A stretch of 64,000 bases of DNA from Thermodesulfobacteriota bacterium (GCA_024274915.1 JAJSAC010000063.1:621-64620); one strand, 5' to 3'; positions 10,178 through 21,985 are shown, numbered from the stretch's first letter. A program made the numbers and translations. Notes: a model not told the origin generated them from the letters alone.

Positions 10178-11756
10178 GCTTTACGATACCACTTTGAGGG
10201 ATGGTACCCAGGCGGAGGAGATCAGCTTCTCCAGCATGGACAAGCTCATGATCGCCGAGAAGCTGGACGAGCTGGGTATCCATTACATTGAAGGTGGGTG
10301 GCCTGGGTCCAATCCCAAGGATATGGAGTTTTTTGCGCTGAGCAAGAGGCTCAACCTGAAACAGGCCAAGATTGCCGCCTTCGGTTCTACCAGGAGGGCA
10401 GGGATTAAGGCCCAGGACGATCCCAACATCAAGATGCTTCTCAAGGCCGATGTGCCCGTGGTCACCATCTTCGGTAAATCCTGGGATCTCCACGTCACCG
10501 ATGCCCTGAGGTGCAGTCTGGATGAGAACCTGAAGATGATCTACGATTCCGTCTATTACGTTAAGGATCGGGTGTCCGAGGTGATTTACGATGCCGAGCA
10601 CTTTTTCGACGGGTACAAGCGGAACCCCGAGTACGCCATGAGGACCATATGGGCTGCCGAGGAGGCAGGGGCCGATTGTATTGTTCTCTGCGACACCAAT
10701 GGGGGGTGTCTACCCTTTGAGATCCAGGAGATCGTGGCCAGGGTGCGCCAGGAGATCTCGGCGCCTTTGGGTATCCATGCCCACAACGATTCGGAAACGG
10801 CTGTGGCCAATTCCATCATGGCCGTTCTTTGCGGGGCTGAGCACGTACAGGGGACCATTAACGGCTTCGGTGAGCGCTGTGGCAACGCCAACCTCTGCTC
10901 CATCATCCCAAATCTCCAGCTCAAGATGGGCATTGAGTGTGTCTCTCCCCAACAGCTCAATGACTTGACCAGGATTTCCCGTTTTGTCTATGAGGTGGCC
11001 AACCTGAAGCCCTGGCCCCACCAGCCTTATGTGGGCAAGAGCGCTTTCGCCCACAAGGGCGGGGTTCATGTATCGGCGGTCATGCGCAATCCCGAAACCT
11101 ATGAGCATATCCGGCCCGAGTTGGTGGGTAATCGCCAGAGGGTGCTGGTCTCCGACCTCTCGGGCAGAAGCAACATCGTCTACAAGGCCCAGGAGTTTGG
11201 TTTGGATTTGGACTCTAAAGACCCCGTGGTCCAGAATGTTCTGGAGGACCTCAAGGTGTTGGAGCACCAGGGTTATCAGTTTGAGGGGGCCGAGGCTTCT
11301 TTTGAAATTCTGATTAAGAAGGCCATGAAGAGGTTTAAGCCTTACTTTTCCCTAAAGGGCTTTCGGGTCATTGTGGATAAGAGGAGTCGAGAGGACGAAC
11401 CTGTGAGTGAGGCTATGGTGAGGGTGAGTGTGCCCCCTGATAGGATGGAGCACCAGTTTATGGCTGCTGAGGGTAACGGTCCTGTCAATGCCCTGGACAG
11501 GGCATTGAGGAAGGCCCTGGAGGAGTTCTATCCCAGTCTCTCCACCGTCCAGCTCACCGATTACAAGGTCCGTATCCTGGATGAGGCGGCGGGAACGGCG
11601 GCCAAGGTCCGGGTCATTATAGAGTCCACCGATGGCAAACGCCGCTGGGGCACTGTGGGGGTCCATGAGAACGTAATAGAGGCTTCCTGGCAGGCTCTGG
11701 TGGACTCCATTGAGTACAAGCTCATGAAGGACGAAGAAGAGAACGGCCAAGAGTAA
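10155..11756 (+). CDS. cimA: Citramalate synthase
   Basis: [52 protein letters not shown]. Confidence 0.93.
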   Translation: MEKVKKVKLYDTTLRDGTQAEEISFSSMDKLMIAEKLDELGIHYIEGGWPGSNPKDMEFFALSKRLNLKQAKIAAFGSTRRAGIKAQDDPNIKMLLKADVPVVTIFGKSWDLHVTDALRCSLDENLKMIYDSVYYVKDRVSEVIYDAEHFFDGYKRNPEYAMRTIWAAEEAGADCIVLCDTNGGCLPFEIQEIVARVRQEISAPLGIHAHNDSETAVANSIMAVLCGAEHVQGTINGFGERCGNANLCSIIPNLQLKMGIECVSPQQLNDLTRISRFVYEVANLKPWPHQPYVGKSAFAHKGGVHVSAVMRNPETYEHIRPELVGNRQRVLVSDLSGRSNIVYKAQEFGLDLDSKDPVVQNVLEDLKVLEHQGYQFEGAEASFEILIKKAMKRFKPYFSLKGFRVIVDKRSREDEPVSEAMVRVSVPPDRMEHQFMAAEGNGPVNALDRALRKALEEFYPSLSTVQLTDYKVRILDEAAGTAAKVRVIIESTDGKRRWGTVGVHENVIEASWQALVDSIEYKLMKDEEENGQE

Positions 11757-11830
11757 GTACGGGCAGAGGTAGAGGCAAAGGTAGAGATAGTGAAGTTCAG
11801 ATAGCGGCAGAGTAGGGGTAGAGAGGGCTG

Positions 11831-11867
11831 AGGGCAGAGGAGGGAAATCCTCTGCCCTTTATTTTTT
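11831..11867 (+). terminator. Terminator hairpin between convergent cimA and the DUF3108-like gene
   Basis: AGGGCAGAGGA-gggaaa-TCCTCTGCCCT followed by TTATTTTT. Confidence 0.75.
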
Positions 11868-12617
11868 CTCAGCCTTTGCCTTTACCTCTGCCTGCTTTAT
11901 CTCGTAGCCTGTCAGTTCCCCCACCACCTTGCCCAGGAAGATGTCCACTTCCACTTTAGCGGGGATGCGGTGCTGATCCTTGGTGAACCAGACGTACACA
12001 TGACCCCCCTTCTTCTTTCTGAAGACCCCCTTCATCTTTTTCCATCGGGGCTCTACCTTGAAGGTGTCGAAGGTACCGGCGGGCACCTTCACCCTTTCCT
12101 CTTTTAAGGGGATTACCTGAATCTTTTCCACCCTCTTGCCATCGGTGGAAGGCAGGGAGCAGGAGGCGCTTTCCCGGGGACAGCGGAACCGGAAGGCGTA
12201 CAGTATGGAGCAGGGATCGTAGAGGGGAGGGGGGACGGTCTTTTGACTTTTGAGCTTCCCGTTTTTGCGGTAGATGAGCTTCCCTGTGGAAGGATTGTAA
12301 GTAACCTCGTCGTGACGGTGGTATCCTACTTCCTTCAGGCGTTTCTCGTAATGAAGGAAAGAGGATATATCAGGCGGCGTAGAGGAGAAGAAGTAGTCCC
12401 TCACGGAGAAGAAGGAATCTATAGGGGCTACTGTCTTGGCTTTCATCTCGATGGTGAGAATTTCTTTCCCTCTTTCCATGGTGATACTGGCTTTGGCTAT
12501 TCCAATCAGCTTGTTCCAGCTGATGCGGTAGGTGAGTGTCTCCCTCTGGGGTACCTCCAAGGCCAACAGGGGAGAGGAGAGGAGGAGGGTTAAAGTGATG
12601 ACAAAGGCCCTTCTCAT
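11859..12617 (-). CDS. Exported DUF3108-like protein
   Basis: Signal peptide, E.LTY.ISW, DP.S.LY.FR, V.VPAGTFDTFKV, VWFT.D..RIP.K. Confidence 0.7.
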   Translation of the reverse strand: MRRAFVITLTLLLSSPLLALEVPQRETLTYRISWNKLIGIAKASITMERGKEILTIEMKAKTVAPIDSFFSVRDYFFSSTPPDISSFLHYEKRLKEVGYHRHDEVTYNPSTGKLIYRKNGKLKSQKTVPPPLYDPCSILYAFRFRCPRESASCSLPSTDGKRVEKIQVIPLKEERVKVPAGTFDTFKVEPRWKKMKGVFRKKKGGHVYVWFTKDQHRIPAKVEVDIFLGKVVGELTGYEIKQAEVKAKAEKK

Positions 12618-13612
12618 CCCTCTTCCTCTTTGAGGCTATAGAGAATGAGGCCTTTCTCCCGCCGGCTGGTTACCACTCCCTCCATTTCCAATAGGTCCAG
12701 ACGCCCCATAACTTCTGATAGCAGTACAAAGGCTTCTCCTTTCCGGCTCTGGGGATAGAGTCTTCTCATGATCTGAAAAGGGGTCAGAGCCCCTTCTTTA
12801 AGGGTGTCCATGTAGATCTTCTTTTTGTATTCCATGCGCTTTCTCAACTCTTCCAAGGCCGTCTCTGTTCTTCCCTCTTTCTCCCGATGTCCGGGGAAGA
12901 AGGTGTTTATGCCCCGAGCGGCGAATCTTTTCAAGGACTCCAGGTGCAAGGGCATGGACGGGGTCCTGAAGCCGCTGGGAGTTATGTCTATAATAGGATC
13001 AGGAGTGATATGGGTGAAGATGAAGTCCCCCGTGATGGCCCACCCTTCTCTTGGGCATAATAGGACCACGTGGCCAGGGGAATGGCCTGGGGTGTGCATC
13101 ACTTCTAATTTTAACCCTTCCCAGAAGAGCAGGGTGCCTTCTTCTAAGGGATGAACCTTCTCGAGGTCCCTGGCATACGGAGTTTCCCAAACTATGAATT
13201 TGACGAAGTAGGCCAAGTAATCTGATGGCATGCCCATTTGGGCCAGATAAGGTTTCATCTTTAGGTAGTAATCTCTCCGGTCAGTCACTTTGTCCCAGTC
13301 CCTGGGATGGATAAGAACGGTCTTGCCCCCCTCTTCTATGAGGCCCTGGGCAGCCCCGTAGTGGTCTGAATGGCCGTGGGTCAGTAGGAGCTGTTCTATC
13401 CGGTTCAGATTCAATCCCAGGCAATAGAGTTGTTCTTGAAGGGCCGCCAGGGATTCGGGGCTGTTAACCCCCACATCGACGAGGGTGATGGGTTCCAGTT
13501 TTATGAGGTAGGTATAGACGGGTCCTATAGGGTAGGGGGTGGGTAGTTCCAGCTGGAATATGCCGGGTCTTATCTCGTAGGGTTGAACCTTTTCTGCCAT
13601 GCCCTTTTTCAT
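12614..13612 (-). CDS. Metallo-beta-lactamase-fold hydrolase
   Basis: THGHSDHYG, HTPGHSPGH, TGD and PGH motifs. Confidence 0.9.
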   Translation of the reverse strand: MKKGMAEKVQPYEIRPGIFQLELPTPYPIGPVYTYLIKLEPITLVDVGVNSPESLAALQEQLYCLGLNLNRIEQLLLTHGHSDHYGAAQGLIEEGGKTVLIHPRDWDKVTDRRDYYLKMKPYLAQMGMPSDYLAYFVKFIVWETPYARDLEKVHPLEEGTLLFWEGLKLEVMHTPGHSPGHVVLLCPREGWAITGDFIFTHITPDPIIDITPSGFRTPSMPLHLESLKRFAARGINTFFPGHREKEGRTETALEELRKRMEYKKKIYMDTLKEGALTPFQIMRRLYPQSRKGEAFVLLSEVMGRLDLLEMEGVVTSRREKGLILYSLKEEEG

Positions 13613-13656
13613 ACAACATGGGAAAGGATCTGGGAAGCGTAAGAACCTTTAAAGGA

Positions 13657-13851
13657 CAGGACTTCCCCCAAAACTCCCTTCTTGGTAAAGGCATCGTGTT
13701 CAGAATCCTGGATTTTTTCTTTCCAACAAGTGAAAGGGCGGGGCATTCCTCCCTTGCCCATGGCTCATGGCTGATAGCAACTATGAGCTATCATCTCTGC
13801 GGTCGGAACGCCCCGCCCTGACCCATAAGGGTAAAACTGGGGGAAGTCCTG
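13657..13851 (+). mobile_element. MITE copy 2 (195 bp)
   Basis: Same TIRs. Perfect 8-bp target duplication TTAAAGGA at 13649-13656 and 13852-13859. Confidence 0.92.
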
Positions 13852-13941
13852 TTAAAGGAATGTTGCTAGATGAGGTGAACTCGGTCTATCCTGACAAGAA
13901 AGGTCTGGGCACTATTCTTTTGTGAGATCTCAAATTGGGTA

Positions 13942-13972
13942 TTGACATCTTAATATAATGATATACTAATAT
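13942..13972 (+). promoter_or_regulatory. AT-rich promoter/operator of the RND operon
   Basis: TTGACA at 13942 followed by the imperfect palindrome TTAATATA-atga-TATACTAA. Confidence 0.45.
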
Positions 13973-13996
13973 CGAAAGTTCCTTTAGGGGGTGGGC

Positions 13997-15364
13997 ATGT
14001 TGAGGGGGAAGAAGCTCAGGGTTTGGGGAGTAGGGTTACTTCTGTTTCTTTTGCCCTTTTCTGCTTCGGCGGGGGAATTGAAAGGCTTGGTGGAGCGAGC
14101 TCTGAAGGAGAACCATGGGTTGAAGGGAGAGGGATGGTCCACGGTGGCTTCCAAGGAGGAGTATCTGGCTTCTTGGGGCCTCTTCTTTCCCCGGCTCTGG
14201 TTTCAGGAGGAAGGCTTTAGATCCAACAATCCGCCTTTTGTTTGGATGACCAAGATGAGCAGGCGGGACGTGACCCTGGGGATGATGAATCTGGAGGGTT
14301 TCAACCGACCCCATGCCGTCACCGATTTCAAGTCTTCGGTCAATGTGGCCTGGCCCCTTTTCCACGGGGGGGAGGTCTATTCTACAGTGATGATGAACCG
14401 GGCCTTCTACCATTCGGCCCAGAGGTGGTTGGGTTCCAACAAAGAGAGGGTGGCTTTGATGGTGGTGGAGAGGTACCTGGAAGCGGCCTGGGCCAGGAGT
14501 CGGGTGGAGGCGGCCCGTTTGGCGGTGGAGAGTGCGCGGGGTCATGTGTCCACTGCCCAGGCCAGGTTCAAGAGGGGAATGGCCCTCAGGGCGGATGTAC
14601 TCAGGGCCAAGGTCTATTTGGCTTCCATGGAGGACCGCTTGGCCAGGGAAGAGACGGCTTGGGAGGTGGCCAAGCGATCCCTCAGTCTGGTGGTGGGGGG
14701 GGATCCCCGGGTTCCTGTGGAGATCAAGGGGGACTTGAAGAGTCTCTATGGTGATCTCCGGGATTTTCACGCTACCCTTGATAGCCTGGTGAGTAGGGCC
14801 TTGGAGAAGCGGGGGGACTACCTGGCCCAGAAGGCCCGGGTGGAGGCGGAGAGGTATGGGGTGAAGCGGGCCAAGTCCGATTATTTTCCCAAGATAGACC
14901 TGATGGCATCTTGGGAGTGGCATGGCCACAACTTCCCCGGGGATAGCGACGCTTCCAATTGGATGGTGGGGGGGGTGGCCAAGATCAATATATTCGATGG
15001 TTTTGCCCGGGAGCATAGGGTGAGGAAGGCCAGGGCCCTTTTGGCCATGGAAAGGGAGAGGGTGGAGGAGAAGAGGCGGGAGCTGGTATTGGAGGTGGTG
15101 TCAGGTTTGCTGAAGGTGAGAGAGGCAAGAAAGAGGGTAGACTCTTCCAGGTCTTCAGTGGAGGAGGCTAAGGAAGCTTTGAGGGTGGTGGAGAAGCGCT
15201 ATGGCGCTGGCTTGGCTACCATAGTGGAGGTGAATGACGCCCAGTCAGCTCTGGTGGAGGCTAGGAGCCTCTATCTTGGGGCCCTTCATGATTATCTGGC
15301 GGCCCTTTATACCCTCCAGTACTCCACTGGAGGACTGTTGGATTTTATGGGAGTGGAGGAATAG
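13997..15364 (+). CDS. TolC-family outer membrane efflux protein
   Basis: Signal peptide, two OEP repeats (FFPRL...PLFHGG; YFPKIDL...NIFDGF), RY.AGLATIVEV.DAQ. Confidence 0.9.
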   Translation: MLRGKKLRVWGVGLLLFLLPFSASAGELKGLVERALKENHGLKGEGWSTVASKEEYLASWGLFFPRLWFQEEGFRSNNPPFVWMTKMSRRDVTLGMMNLEGFNRPHAVTDFKSSVNVAWPLFHGGEVYSTVMMNRAFYHSAQRWLGSNKERVALMVVERYLEAAWARSRVEAARLAVESARGHVSTAQARFKRGMALRADVLRAKVYLASMEDRLAREETAWEVAKRSLSLVVGGDPRVPVEIKGDLKSLYGDLRDFHATLDSLVSRALEKRGDYLAQKARVEAERYGVKRAKSDYFPKIDLMASWEWHGHNFPGDSDASNWMVGGVAKINIFDGFAREHRVRKARALLAMERERVEEKRRELVLEVVSGLLKVREARKRVDSSRSSVEEAKEALRVVEKRYGAGLATIVEVNDAQSALVEARSLYLGALHDYLAALYTLQYSTGGLLDFMGVEE

Positions 15365-15467
15365 GGTCCCAGGACCTCCTCATGGGTTGGGGTAGATGGA
15401 GGTCTGAGGGTTTTCTCAAAAAATCGGGGTCCAGGGGGGTAAAGGGCCCCCTTGAGGGAGGACGAGC

Positions 15468-16637
15468 ATGATGGATAGGGGGTGGAGAAGGGGATTGCTG
15501 GGAGGTGTGTTTGCCATTTCCCTGCTCCTTGTGGGCTGCGGGGGCAAGAAGGAGCGTGCCGTTGAGAGGCCCAGGGTGCAGGCCGACACTGCCAGGGTAA
15601 AGGCTTACGAGATACCTATGGTGAGGGAGTTCCCAGGCCGGGTAGAGGCCAGGGGTGAGCTCACTTTGGCCAGTAAAGTGGCCGGTTATGTGAGGGAGGT
15701 GAGGGTGGAGGAGGGGCAAAGGGTGAAGAAGGGGCAGCTTCTCCTCATCCTGGACGATAAGGATGTCAGGGCCAGGATCAGGGCCCTGGAGGAGACCCGA
15801 AAGGCCTTGGAGAAGCAGAAGGCTGCTCTGGCTTCCCGGCTCGCCTATGCCCAGGCCAACTTTCGGCGTTATGCCCTCCTGCTAAAAGAAAAGGCGGTGA
15901 CCCAGGAGGAGTTTGACAAGGTCCGATCCCAGTATCAGGCCCTGGTGGAGGAAGAGAAAGCCCTGGAGTACAGGATTAAAGGGATCAGGTCCCAGACCCA
16001 GGCCCTGGCCCAGACCCTGAGATACACCGTTATTCGGGCTCCTTATGGTGGGGTGGTCACTGCCCGGAGGGTAGACCCGGGTACCTATGTGAGCCCCGGC
16101 ACCCCTCTCCTGACCCTGGAGTCTCCGGGGGCCGGATACTGGTTTGTTGCCCAAGTGGATGAGGCCTATCTTTCTCGGTTAAAGAGTGGGGAGGTGGTTT
16201 TTCTCTACATCAAGCCCCTAGGCGAAGCCTACAGGGCCAGATTGGATCGGGTTGTGCCCTGGGTGAATCCCCATACGGGGGGGTTCAAGGTGAAAGTGGA
16301 TGTGTCCTCCTTCCCTGTCAGGTCAGGCATGTTTGGCAAGTTGTATCTGGTGGTGGACAAGGCCCGCCGAGTCCTCATTCCGTGGAGGGCTGTGGTGAGA
16401 AGGGGGAATCTGGACGCAGTTTATACTGTGGACCAAGGCAACGTGGTCCATTTCCGGATCATTAGAACGGGCAGGAGCTATAAAAGGGCGGGAAATGAAT
16501 GGATGCCTGTGGCTACCTCTCAGGAAGCCCTGCGGCGTGGCTTGTGGGTAGAGGTGCTGGGGGGGCTGGACCCGGGAGAGAGGTTGGTGGTTTCCAATCT
16601 GGACGAGATGAGGGAGGGAGTGAGCCTTGAGCGGTGA
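15468..16637 (+). CDS. RND periplasmic adaptor (membrane fusion lipoprotein)
   Basis: Lipobox [25 protein letters not shown] lipoyl half, coiled hairpin, [17 protein letters not shown]. Confidence 0.92.
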   Translation: MMDRGWRRGLLGGVFAISLLLVGCGGKKERAVERPRVQADTARVKAYEIPMVREFPGRVEARGELTLASKVAGYVREVRVEEGQRVKKGQLLLILDDKDVRARIRALEETRKALEKQKAALASRLAYAQANFRRYALLLKEKAVTQEEFDKVRSQYQALVEEEKALEYRIKGIRSQTQALAQTLRYTVIRAPYGGVVTARRVDPGTYVSPGTPLLTLESPGAGYWFVAQVDEAYLSRLKSGEVVFLYIKPLGEAYRARLDRVVPWVNPHTGGFKVKVDVSSFPVRSGMFGKLYLVVDKARRVLIPWRAVVRRGNLDAVYTVDQGNVVHFRIIRTGRSYKRAGNEWMPVATSQEALRRGLWVEVLGGLDPGERLVVSNLDEMREGVSLER

Positions 16638-19600
16638 GGAGCACAGGACCCTCGAGTCGGATAAGGAGGGAAAAGTAGAAGGAAAGGACAAGGGGGCGGA
16701 GGAGCACCAGCATCCCGGGCTTCACCACGGCGGCTTTGTTTCCAAGATTACCGAGATCTTTGTAGATTCAAAGATCACTCCTCTCTTTATCATCATCACC
16801 TTGCTCCTGGGGCTCTTTGCCATATTTAACACCCCCAGCGAGGAAGAGCCCCAGATCGTTGTGCCCATGGTAGACATCTTTGTCCGTATGCCCGGGGCCA
16901 CTCCCAAGGAGATAGAGAACCGGGTGATAGGGCCCATGGAGAAGCTCATTTGGGAGATTCCCGGGGTGGAGTACGTCTATTCAACAGCCATGCCCGGTAG
17001 GGCTATGACGGTGGTGAGGTTCTACGTGGGCCAGGATGTGGAGAAGAGCCTTGTCAAGGTCTATGACAAACTCTACGCCCATCTGGACTGGATTCCACTG
17101 GGGTGTTCCAAGCCCATACTGAAGCCCCGATCCATAAACGATGTACCCTTCCTGGTCCTCACATTTTGGGGGGAGCACTATGATGGTTATACCCTACGAC
17201 AGATAGTGGCCAGGGTGAACGATGAGGTCCGCTCTATCTTTGGCATCTCCGAGACCTCCGTCAAAGGGGGGCTTCGACGTGAAGTCCGGGTGGATCTGGA
17301 TCCGGCCAAACTGACCAATCTGGGTCTGGACCCTGTGGATGTGGCCCAGGCCGTGTTGGGGCAGAATCAGGCTTTGGAAACCGGGGGATTTGACCGGGAG
17401 AACTACCGTTTTTTGGTGCGTTTGAACAACTTTTTCGTCTCCAAGGAAGACGTGGAGCGTACGGTGGTGAAGGTGGTGGGTGGAAAACCCGTCTTCCTGA
17501 GGGACGTGGCCCGTATCACCGATGGTCCCCAGGAGCCCCAGGATTATGTCCTTTTTGCTGCCGGTCCTTCAGGGGCAGAAAAGGGTCTTAGAGAGCCGCC
17601 AGGCCGGCTCTATCCCGCTGTTTCTCTGACCATTGCCAAGAGGAAGGGAAAGGATGCCACTCGGCTGGCTAAGAAGGTGTTGCGCAAAGTGGAGCTTTTG
17701 AAGGGCAGTCTCATCCCCCGGGATGTTCAGGTGACTGTCACCCGGAACTACGGGGAGACGGCTAAAGAGAAGTCCAACGAGCTTCTGGAGCACCTGGGCA
17801 TTGCCACTCTGTCTGTGGCCATCCTCATTGCCCTCTTCTTGGGTTTGAGGGCCAGTTTGGTAGTCCTGGTGGCGGTGCCCGTCACCTTGGCCATCACCCT
17901 GTTCGTCTACTATTTTCACGGGTATACCCTGAACCGGGTCACCCTTTTTGCCCTCATCTTTTGCATAGCCATTCTTGTCGATGATCCCATAGTGGATGTG
18001 GAGAATATCTTCCGCCATCTCCATCTGCCAGAGAATAAAGGCAAACCTTTCAAGGACGTGATTGTCCAGGCCGTCAATGAGGTGAGGAGTCCTTTGATTT
18101 TGGCCACCTTTACCGTTATCGCAGCTATTTTACCCATGGCCTTCGTCCGGGGACTGATGGGGCCGTACATGCGGCCCATGCCCGTGGGGGCTTCGGTGGC
18201 CATGTTCTTCTCCATGGTTGTGGCCTTTGTGGTGACCCCCTGGACGGCTTATCACTTTCTGGGCAGGGGTGGCCATGCCTTTGAGGCCGAGAAGGAGAAC
18301 ATAGCTACCCGATATTATCGGTGGGCCATGGGCCATCTCATAAGGGACAAGAGGTGGAGATGGGCCTTTCTGGGTTCTGTGGTCTTCCTCCTTTTGGCGG
18401 CTTGTTCCCTCTTCTACTACAAGGTGGTCATAGTGAAGATGCTTCCCTTCGACAACAAGAGCGAGTTCCAGGTCATTGTGGACATGCCCGAGGGGTCGAC
18501 TCTGGAGAAGACGGCCAAGGTGGCCGAGGCATTGGGCCAGTATTTGCTCAGCGAGCCTGAGGTGACGGATTACGAGATCTACGTGGGCACAGCGGCTCCC
18601 TTTAATTTCAATGGCTTGGTACGCAACTACTATTTGCGAAAGGGACCAAACGTGGCCGACATCCAGGTGAACCTCTTGCCCAAAAGTAAAAGGAAGCTCC
18701 AGAGTCATGACATTGCCAAGCGGGTGAGACCCGGTCTCACCAGGATTGCCAGGGCGTACAGGGCGAGGGTGAAGGTGGTAGAGATCCCTCCTGGACCGCC
18801 GGTTTTGGACACCCTGGTGGCCGAGGTCTACGGGCCGGATTATGAGAAGCAGATAGGTGTTGCCAGAAAGGTGTTGGGCATTTTTGATCACACCCCCGGC
18901 GTGGTGGACGCAGACTGGTATATGACCGCTCCTCAGAAGGAGTATCGGGTGGTGGTGGACAGGGATAAGGCGGTGGCTATGGGTGTTGTACCCTCCAGGG
19001 TGAAGGAGGTGGTGGAGTCGGCTTTGAAAGGCAGGATCTTGGGGCTTCTCCACGATCCCGATGCCAGGGAGGATGTTTATGTCTTCATGCGTTATCCCCG
19101 GCCTTTACGGTCTGGCCTTCCTGAACTGGAGTCTATCAGGGTGAAGTCCTTGACGGGCAAATTGGTCTCTCTCGCCGAGGTGGCCCATATAGAGGAGGGG
19201 GTTATAGACCATCCCATTTACCATAAAAACCTGAAACCTGTGGTCTACGTAATCGGCGATGTGGCGGGTCGGGAGGAGAGTCCTATTTATGCCATGTTCA
19301 AGATGAACAAGGAGCTGGACAAGCTCATCACCCCTGGGGGCTATCCCTTGAAGCGCTACTATATTCGCCAGCCCTTTACCCAGGATGAGTATTCCATGAA
19401 ATGGGATGGGGAGTGGCAGATCACGTATGAGGTTTTCAGGGATCTAGGTCTGGCCTTCGGGGCTGTTATGATAATCATCTATATTCTCATTGTAGGCTGG
19501 TTCCGCTCATATTCGGTGCCCATCACCATCATGGCTCCCATACCCCTCTCCCTGATAGGCATAGTGCCCGCCCATGCCCTCATGGGGGCCTTCTTCACGG

Positions 19601-19932
19601 CCACGTCCATGATAGGTTTCATCGCCGGTGCGGGTATCGTCGTGCGGAATTCCATTATTCTGGCAGACTTCATAGAGTTGCGCTTGGCCCAGGGCATGCC
19701 TTTGGAAGAAGCGGTGATAGACGCTGGGGCCGTTCGCTTCCGGCCTATGCTCCTTACAGCTTCGGCCGTGGTGGTGGGTTCCTTTGTCATCCTTTTCGAT
19801 CCTATATTCCAAGGGTTGGCCATCTCCCTTATGGCAGGGGAAGTGGCCTCAACCCTTTTCTCACGCATGGTGGTACCCATTCTTTATTACCTGGATCATC
19901 GCTGGAAGCGGGAAAAGAGGATAGTCCTTTAG
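16627..19932 (+). CDS. RND efflux permease (AcrB/CusA superfamily)
   Basis: 1101 aa. [38 protein letters not shown]. Confidence 0.95.
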   Translation: MSGEEHRTLESDKEGKVEGKDKGAEEHQHPGLHHGGFVSKITEIFVDSKITPLFIIITLLLGLFAIFNTPSEEEPQIVVPMVDIFVRMPGATPKEIENRVIGPMEKLIWEIPGVEYVYSTAMPGRAMTVVRFYVGQDVEKSLVKVYDKLYAHLDWIPLGCSKPILKPRSINDVPFLVLTFWGEHYDGYTLRQIVARVNDEVRSIFGISETSVKGGLRREVRVDLDPAKLTNLGLDPVDVAQAVLGQNQALETGGFDRENYRFLVRLNNFFVSKEDVERTVVKVVGGKPVFLRDVARITDGPQEPQDYVLFAAGPSGAEKGLREPPGRLYPAVSLTIAKRKGKDATRLAKKVLRKVELLKGSLIPRDVQVTVTRNYGETAKEKSNELLEHLGIATLSVAILIALFLGLRASLVVLVAVPVTLAITLFVYYFHGYTLNRVTLFALIFCIAILVDDPIVDVENIFRHLHLPENKGKPFKDVIVQAVNEVRSPLILATFTVIAAILPMAFVRGLMGPYMRPMPVGASVAMFFSMVVAFVVTPWTAYHFLGRGGHAFEAEKENIATRYYRWAMGHLIRDKRWRWAFLGSVVFLLLAACSLFYYKVVIVKMLPFDNKSEFQVIVDMPEGSTLEKTAKVAEALGQYLLSEPEVTDYEIYVGTAAPFNFNGLVRNYYLRKGPNVADIQVNLLPKSKRKLQSHDIAKRVRPGLTRIARAYRARVKVVEIPPGPPVLDTLVAEVYGPDYEKQIGVARKVLGIFDHTPGVVDADWYMTAPQKEYRVVVDRDKAVAMGVVPSRVKEVVESALKGRILGLLHDPDAREDVYVFMRYPRPLRSGLPELESIRVKSLTGKLVSLAEVAHIEEGVIDHPIYHKNLKPVVYVIGDVAGREESPIYAMFKMNKELDKLITPGGYPLKRYYIRQPFTQDEYSMKWDGEWQITYEVFRDLGLAFGAVMIIIYILIVGWFRSYSVPITIMAPIPLSLIGIVPAHALMGAFFTATSMIGFIAGAGIVVRNSIILADFIELRLAQGMPLEEAVIDAGAVRFRPMLLTASAVVVGSFVILFDPIFQGLAISLMAGEVASTLFSRMVVPILYYLDHRWKREKRIVL

Positions 19933-19993
19933 GCTGGCCGTGTTGCCTGGTGGAGCCTGGATGTATTAAGTTAGGGGACCAGAGGAGGGGGTT

Positions 19994-20668
19994 ATGAAAA
20001 AGCTTGAAATGATGGCTTTGGTTCTTTTCTTTCTGGTGGGGTGTGCAGGGGTCCCTAAGGGCTATTGGCCCATTCTTCCTTCCCCTATCACCCAGGCGTC
20101 CAAGCCCCAGAAGATTTGTATAAAAATGGAGGGCAAGGAAGCCCGAAAGTATACCCTTAAATTGTCTATCTATCCTTCGAAGCTCTCCTTTGTGTGTATG
20201 AAGCCCAACGTGGATTATGAGTTGAAAAAATACATCAGGTCGGAGCTTTCTGATTTTCGCGAGGTGTATTTCTTGGGTGAGAAAGGGAAGGTTCCCCGGG
20301 GGTGTTATCTCGTCTCCCTGTCTTGGAAGAATAGCTATAGAGGGTATATCAAAGGTGGGTTGGGCATCTTCGGGAGAACCTATGTGATAGGGGGGACGAT
20401 CAAGGGGACTTTAGAAGGAAAGAAGGGGAGTTACGACTGTTCTGTGGCGGGGTGGGAGGTGGTGTCTGAGGGGGATTTCCACGGTGCCGAGGGTTACATG
20501 TGCAAGGACAGCCCGGCGGAGGTCTTCTTTAATAAAGTGGCTTCTCGGCTGGCTTATAAAATGGCCCTGAGGATAAGGAAGGCCCTTTTGGTGGACATGG
20601 GTTACCGCCCCTCTACTGAGTTGGGGGCTGCCGATGAGAGGATGGCTGAGGAGCTGAGGGAGTGGTAG
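19994..20668 (+). CDS. Hypothetical lipoprotein
   Basis: RBS GAGGAGG, MKK + hydrophobic stretch + LVGC lipobox. No recognised family. Confidence 0.7.
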   Translation: MKKLEMMALVLFFLVGCAGVPKGYWPILPSPITQASKPQKICIKMEGKEARKYTLKLSIYPSKLSFVCMKPNVDYELKKYIRSELSDFREVYFLGEKGKVPRGCYLVSLSWKNSYRGYIKGGLGIFGRTYVIGGTIKGTLEGKKGSYDCSVAGWEVVSEGDFHGAEGYMCKDSPAEVFFNKVASRLAYKMALRIRKALLVDMGYRPSTELGAADERMAEELREW

Positions 20669-21327
20669 ACCTCCACACCCACACCACTTTCAGTGATGGA
20701 GAGCTCATCCCCAGTGAGCTTGTGAGGCGAGCCCAGGTGTTGGGTGTGAGATACTTGGGCATAACGGATCATGGGGATCTTTCCAACCTGGAAATCATTG
20801 TGCCGGCCATGGTACGGGTGGCTCTCCAGCTCAATGGTGTGCTGGAGGATATCAGGGTGATACCGGGCATAGAACTCACCCACGTGCCCCCCTCAGAGAT
20901 TCCTTCCCTTATCTCCATGGCTAGGGGGCTAGGGGCCAGGATAGTGGTAGTTCATGGGGAGACCCTGGTAGAGCCTGTGGCCCCTGGAACAAACCTGGCA
21001 GCTATAGAAGGAGGAGCCGACATTTTGGCCCACCCCGGGCTGATCACGGAAGAAGAGGTGACTTTGGCTGCCGAGAAGAGGGTCTATTTAGAGATATCTT
21101 CTCGGAGGGGCCATTCTTTGGCCAATGGCCATGTGGCCAGGCTGGCCAGGAAACTGGGGGCTCCTTTAGTGTTTAACACAGATGCCCATGCTCCTGGTGA
21201 CCTCATTGACAGGGATAGGGCTTTTGGTGTTCTTCTGGGGGCAGGCCTTTCCTGGGGGGAGGCTAAAGAGGTGCTCTCTGAAGGGGAAGACCTTGCAAAA
21301 AGGCTGGGGGGTGAAGGGAATGGCTAG
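20662..21327 (+). CDS. PHP-domain phosphoesterase (histidinol-phosphatase-like)
   Basis: DLHTHT..SDG, TDH, GIELTH, HGET, AHPG, NTDAH. Confidence 0.9.
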   Translation: MVDLHTHTTFSDGELIPSELVRRAQVLGVRYLGITDHGDLSNLEIIVPAMVRVALQLNGVLEDIRVIPGIELTHVPPSEIPSLISMARGLGARIVVVHGETLVEPVAPGTNLAAIEGGADILAHPGLITEEEVTLAAEKRVYLEISSRRGHSLANGHVARLARKLGAPLVFNTDAHAPGDLIDRDRAFGVLLGAGLSWGEAKEVLSEGEDLAKRLGGEGNG

Positions 21328-21985
21328 AAGATCTGGGGAAGTGGAGTCGTCCGATCCTTTCCTCGAGGCTTTTTCTAGGGCCTCGGATTGGGTTCTTAAG
21401 AATAAAGTTTCTGTGATAGGCGGCCTCGTGGTAGTTCTGGTGGTGATAGCTGCTGTCACTGGCTGGGTTTACCATCGTAGGAGTTATGAGAGGAAGGCTG
21501 CTACGGCCTTCGCCAGAGCTGTACGTCTCTATAAAGGCTTACCTCTCCAGGCTAAGGCAGATGATATGAAAAGAACTGTTCAGGCTTTCGAGGAGGTGGT
21601 GAAAGGGTATCCCGGGTCCCGATGGGCCTCTTTTGCCCATCTCTATTTGGGTAAGTGCTACCTTGGAATGGGGAAGGAGGAAGATGGGGTGAGGGAGTAC
21701 GCCCTGGGGGTGAAAGGTATTAGGTCCGAAAGGTATTTCTGGCCCCAGTGGCTTACTGCCATGGCGTTAGCCCAGGAACCGGATAAAGGCATAGGGACCT
21801 TGAAGGAGGGGCTCAAAGGAGAGAAACCTTTCTTGGAGCCATACCTCAGATACAATTTGGCCTTCCTTTATCAGGAGAAGGGTGATTTAAGTAAGGCCGC
21901 CAAAATTTTGGAGGACCTCCGGGGACGCTTTCCTTCCTCTCCCTTTGGGATAGAGGCCCAGCGTCTTTTGGAGGTTCTCAAGTGA
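21320..21985 (+). CDS. Membrane-anchored TPR protein (YfgM-like)
   Basis: ATG 21320 overlaps the PHP gene end. One TM helix, then TPR motifs (YPGS.WA..AHLYLG; YNLA.LY...GD..KA; FPSSPF). Confidence 0.75.
   Translation: MARRSGEVESSDPFLEAFSRASDWVLKNKVSVIGGLVVVLVVIAAVTGWVYHRRSYERKAATAFARAVRLYKGLPLQAKADDMKRTVQAFEEVVKGYPGSRWASFAHLYLGKCYLGMGKEEDGVREYALGVKGIRSERYFWPQWLTAMALAQEPDKGIGTLKEGLKGEKPFLEPYLRYNLAFLYQEKGDLSKAAKILEDLRGRFPSSPFGIEAQRLLEVLK

Noticed and set aside
15365-15467. Hairpins between tolC and the adaptor gene as an ncRNA
   Set aside because: Short GC-rich stems (GACCTCC/GGAGGTC) with no recognisable family; probably mRNA processing/stability elements or chance.
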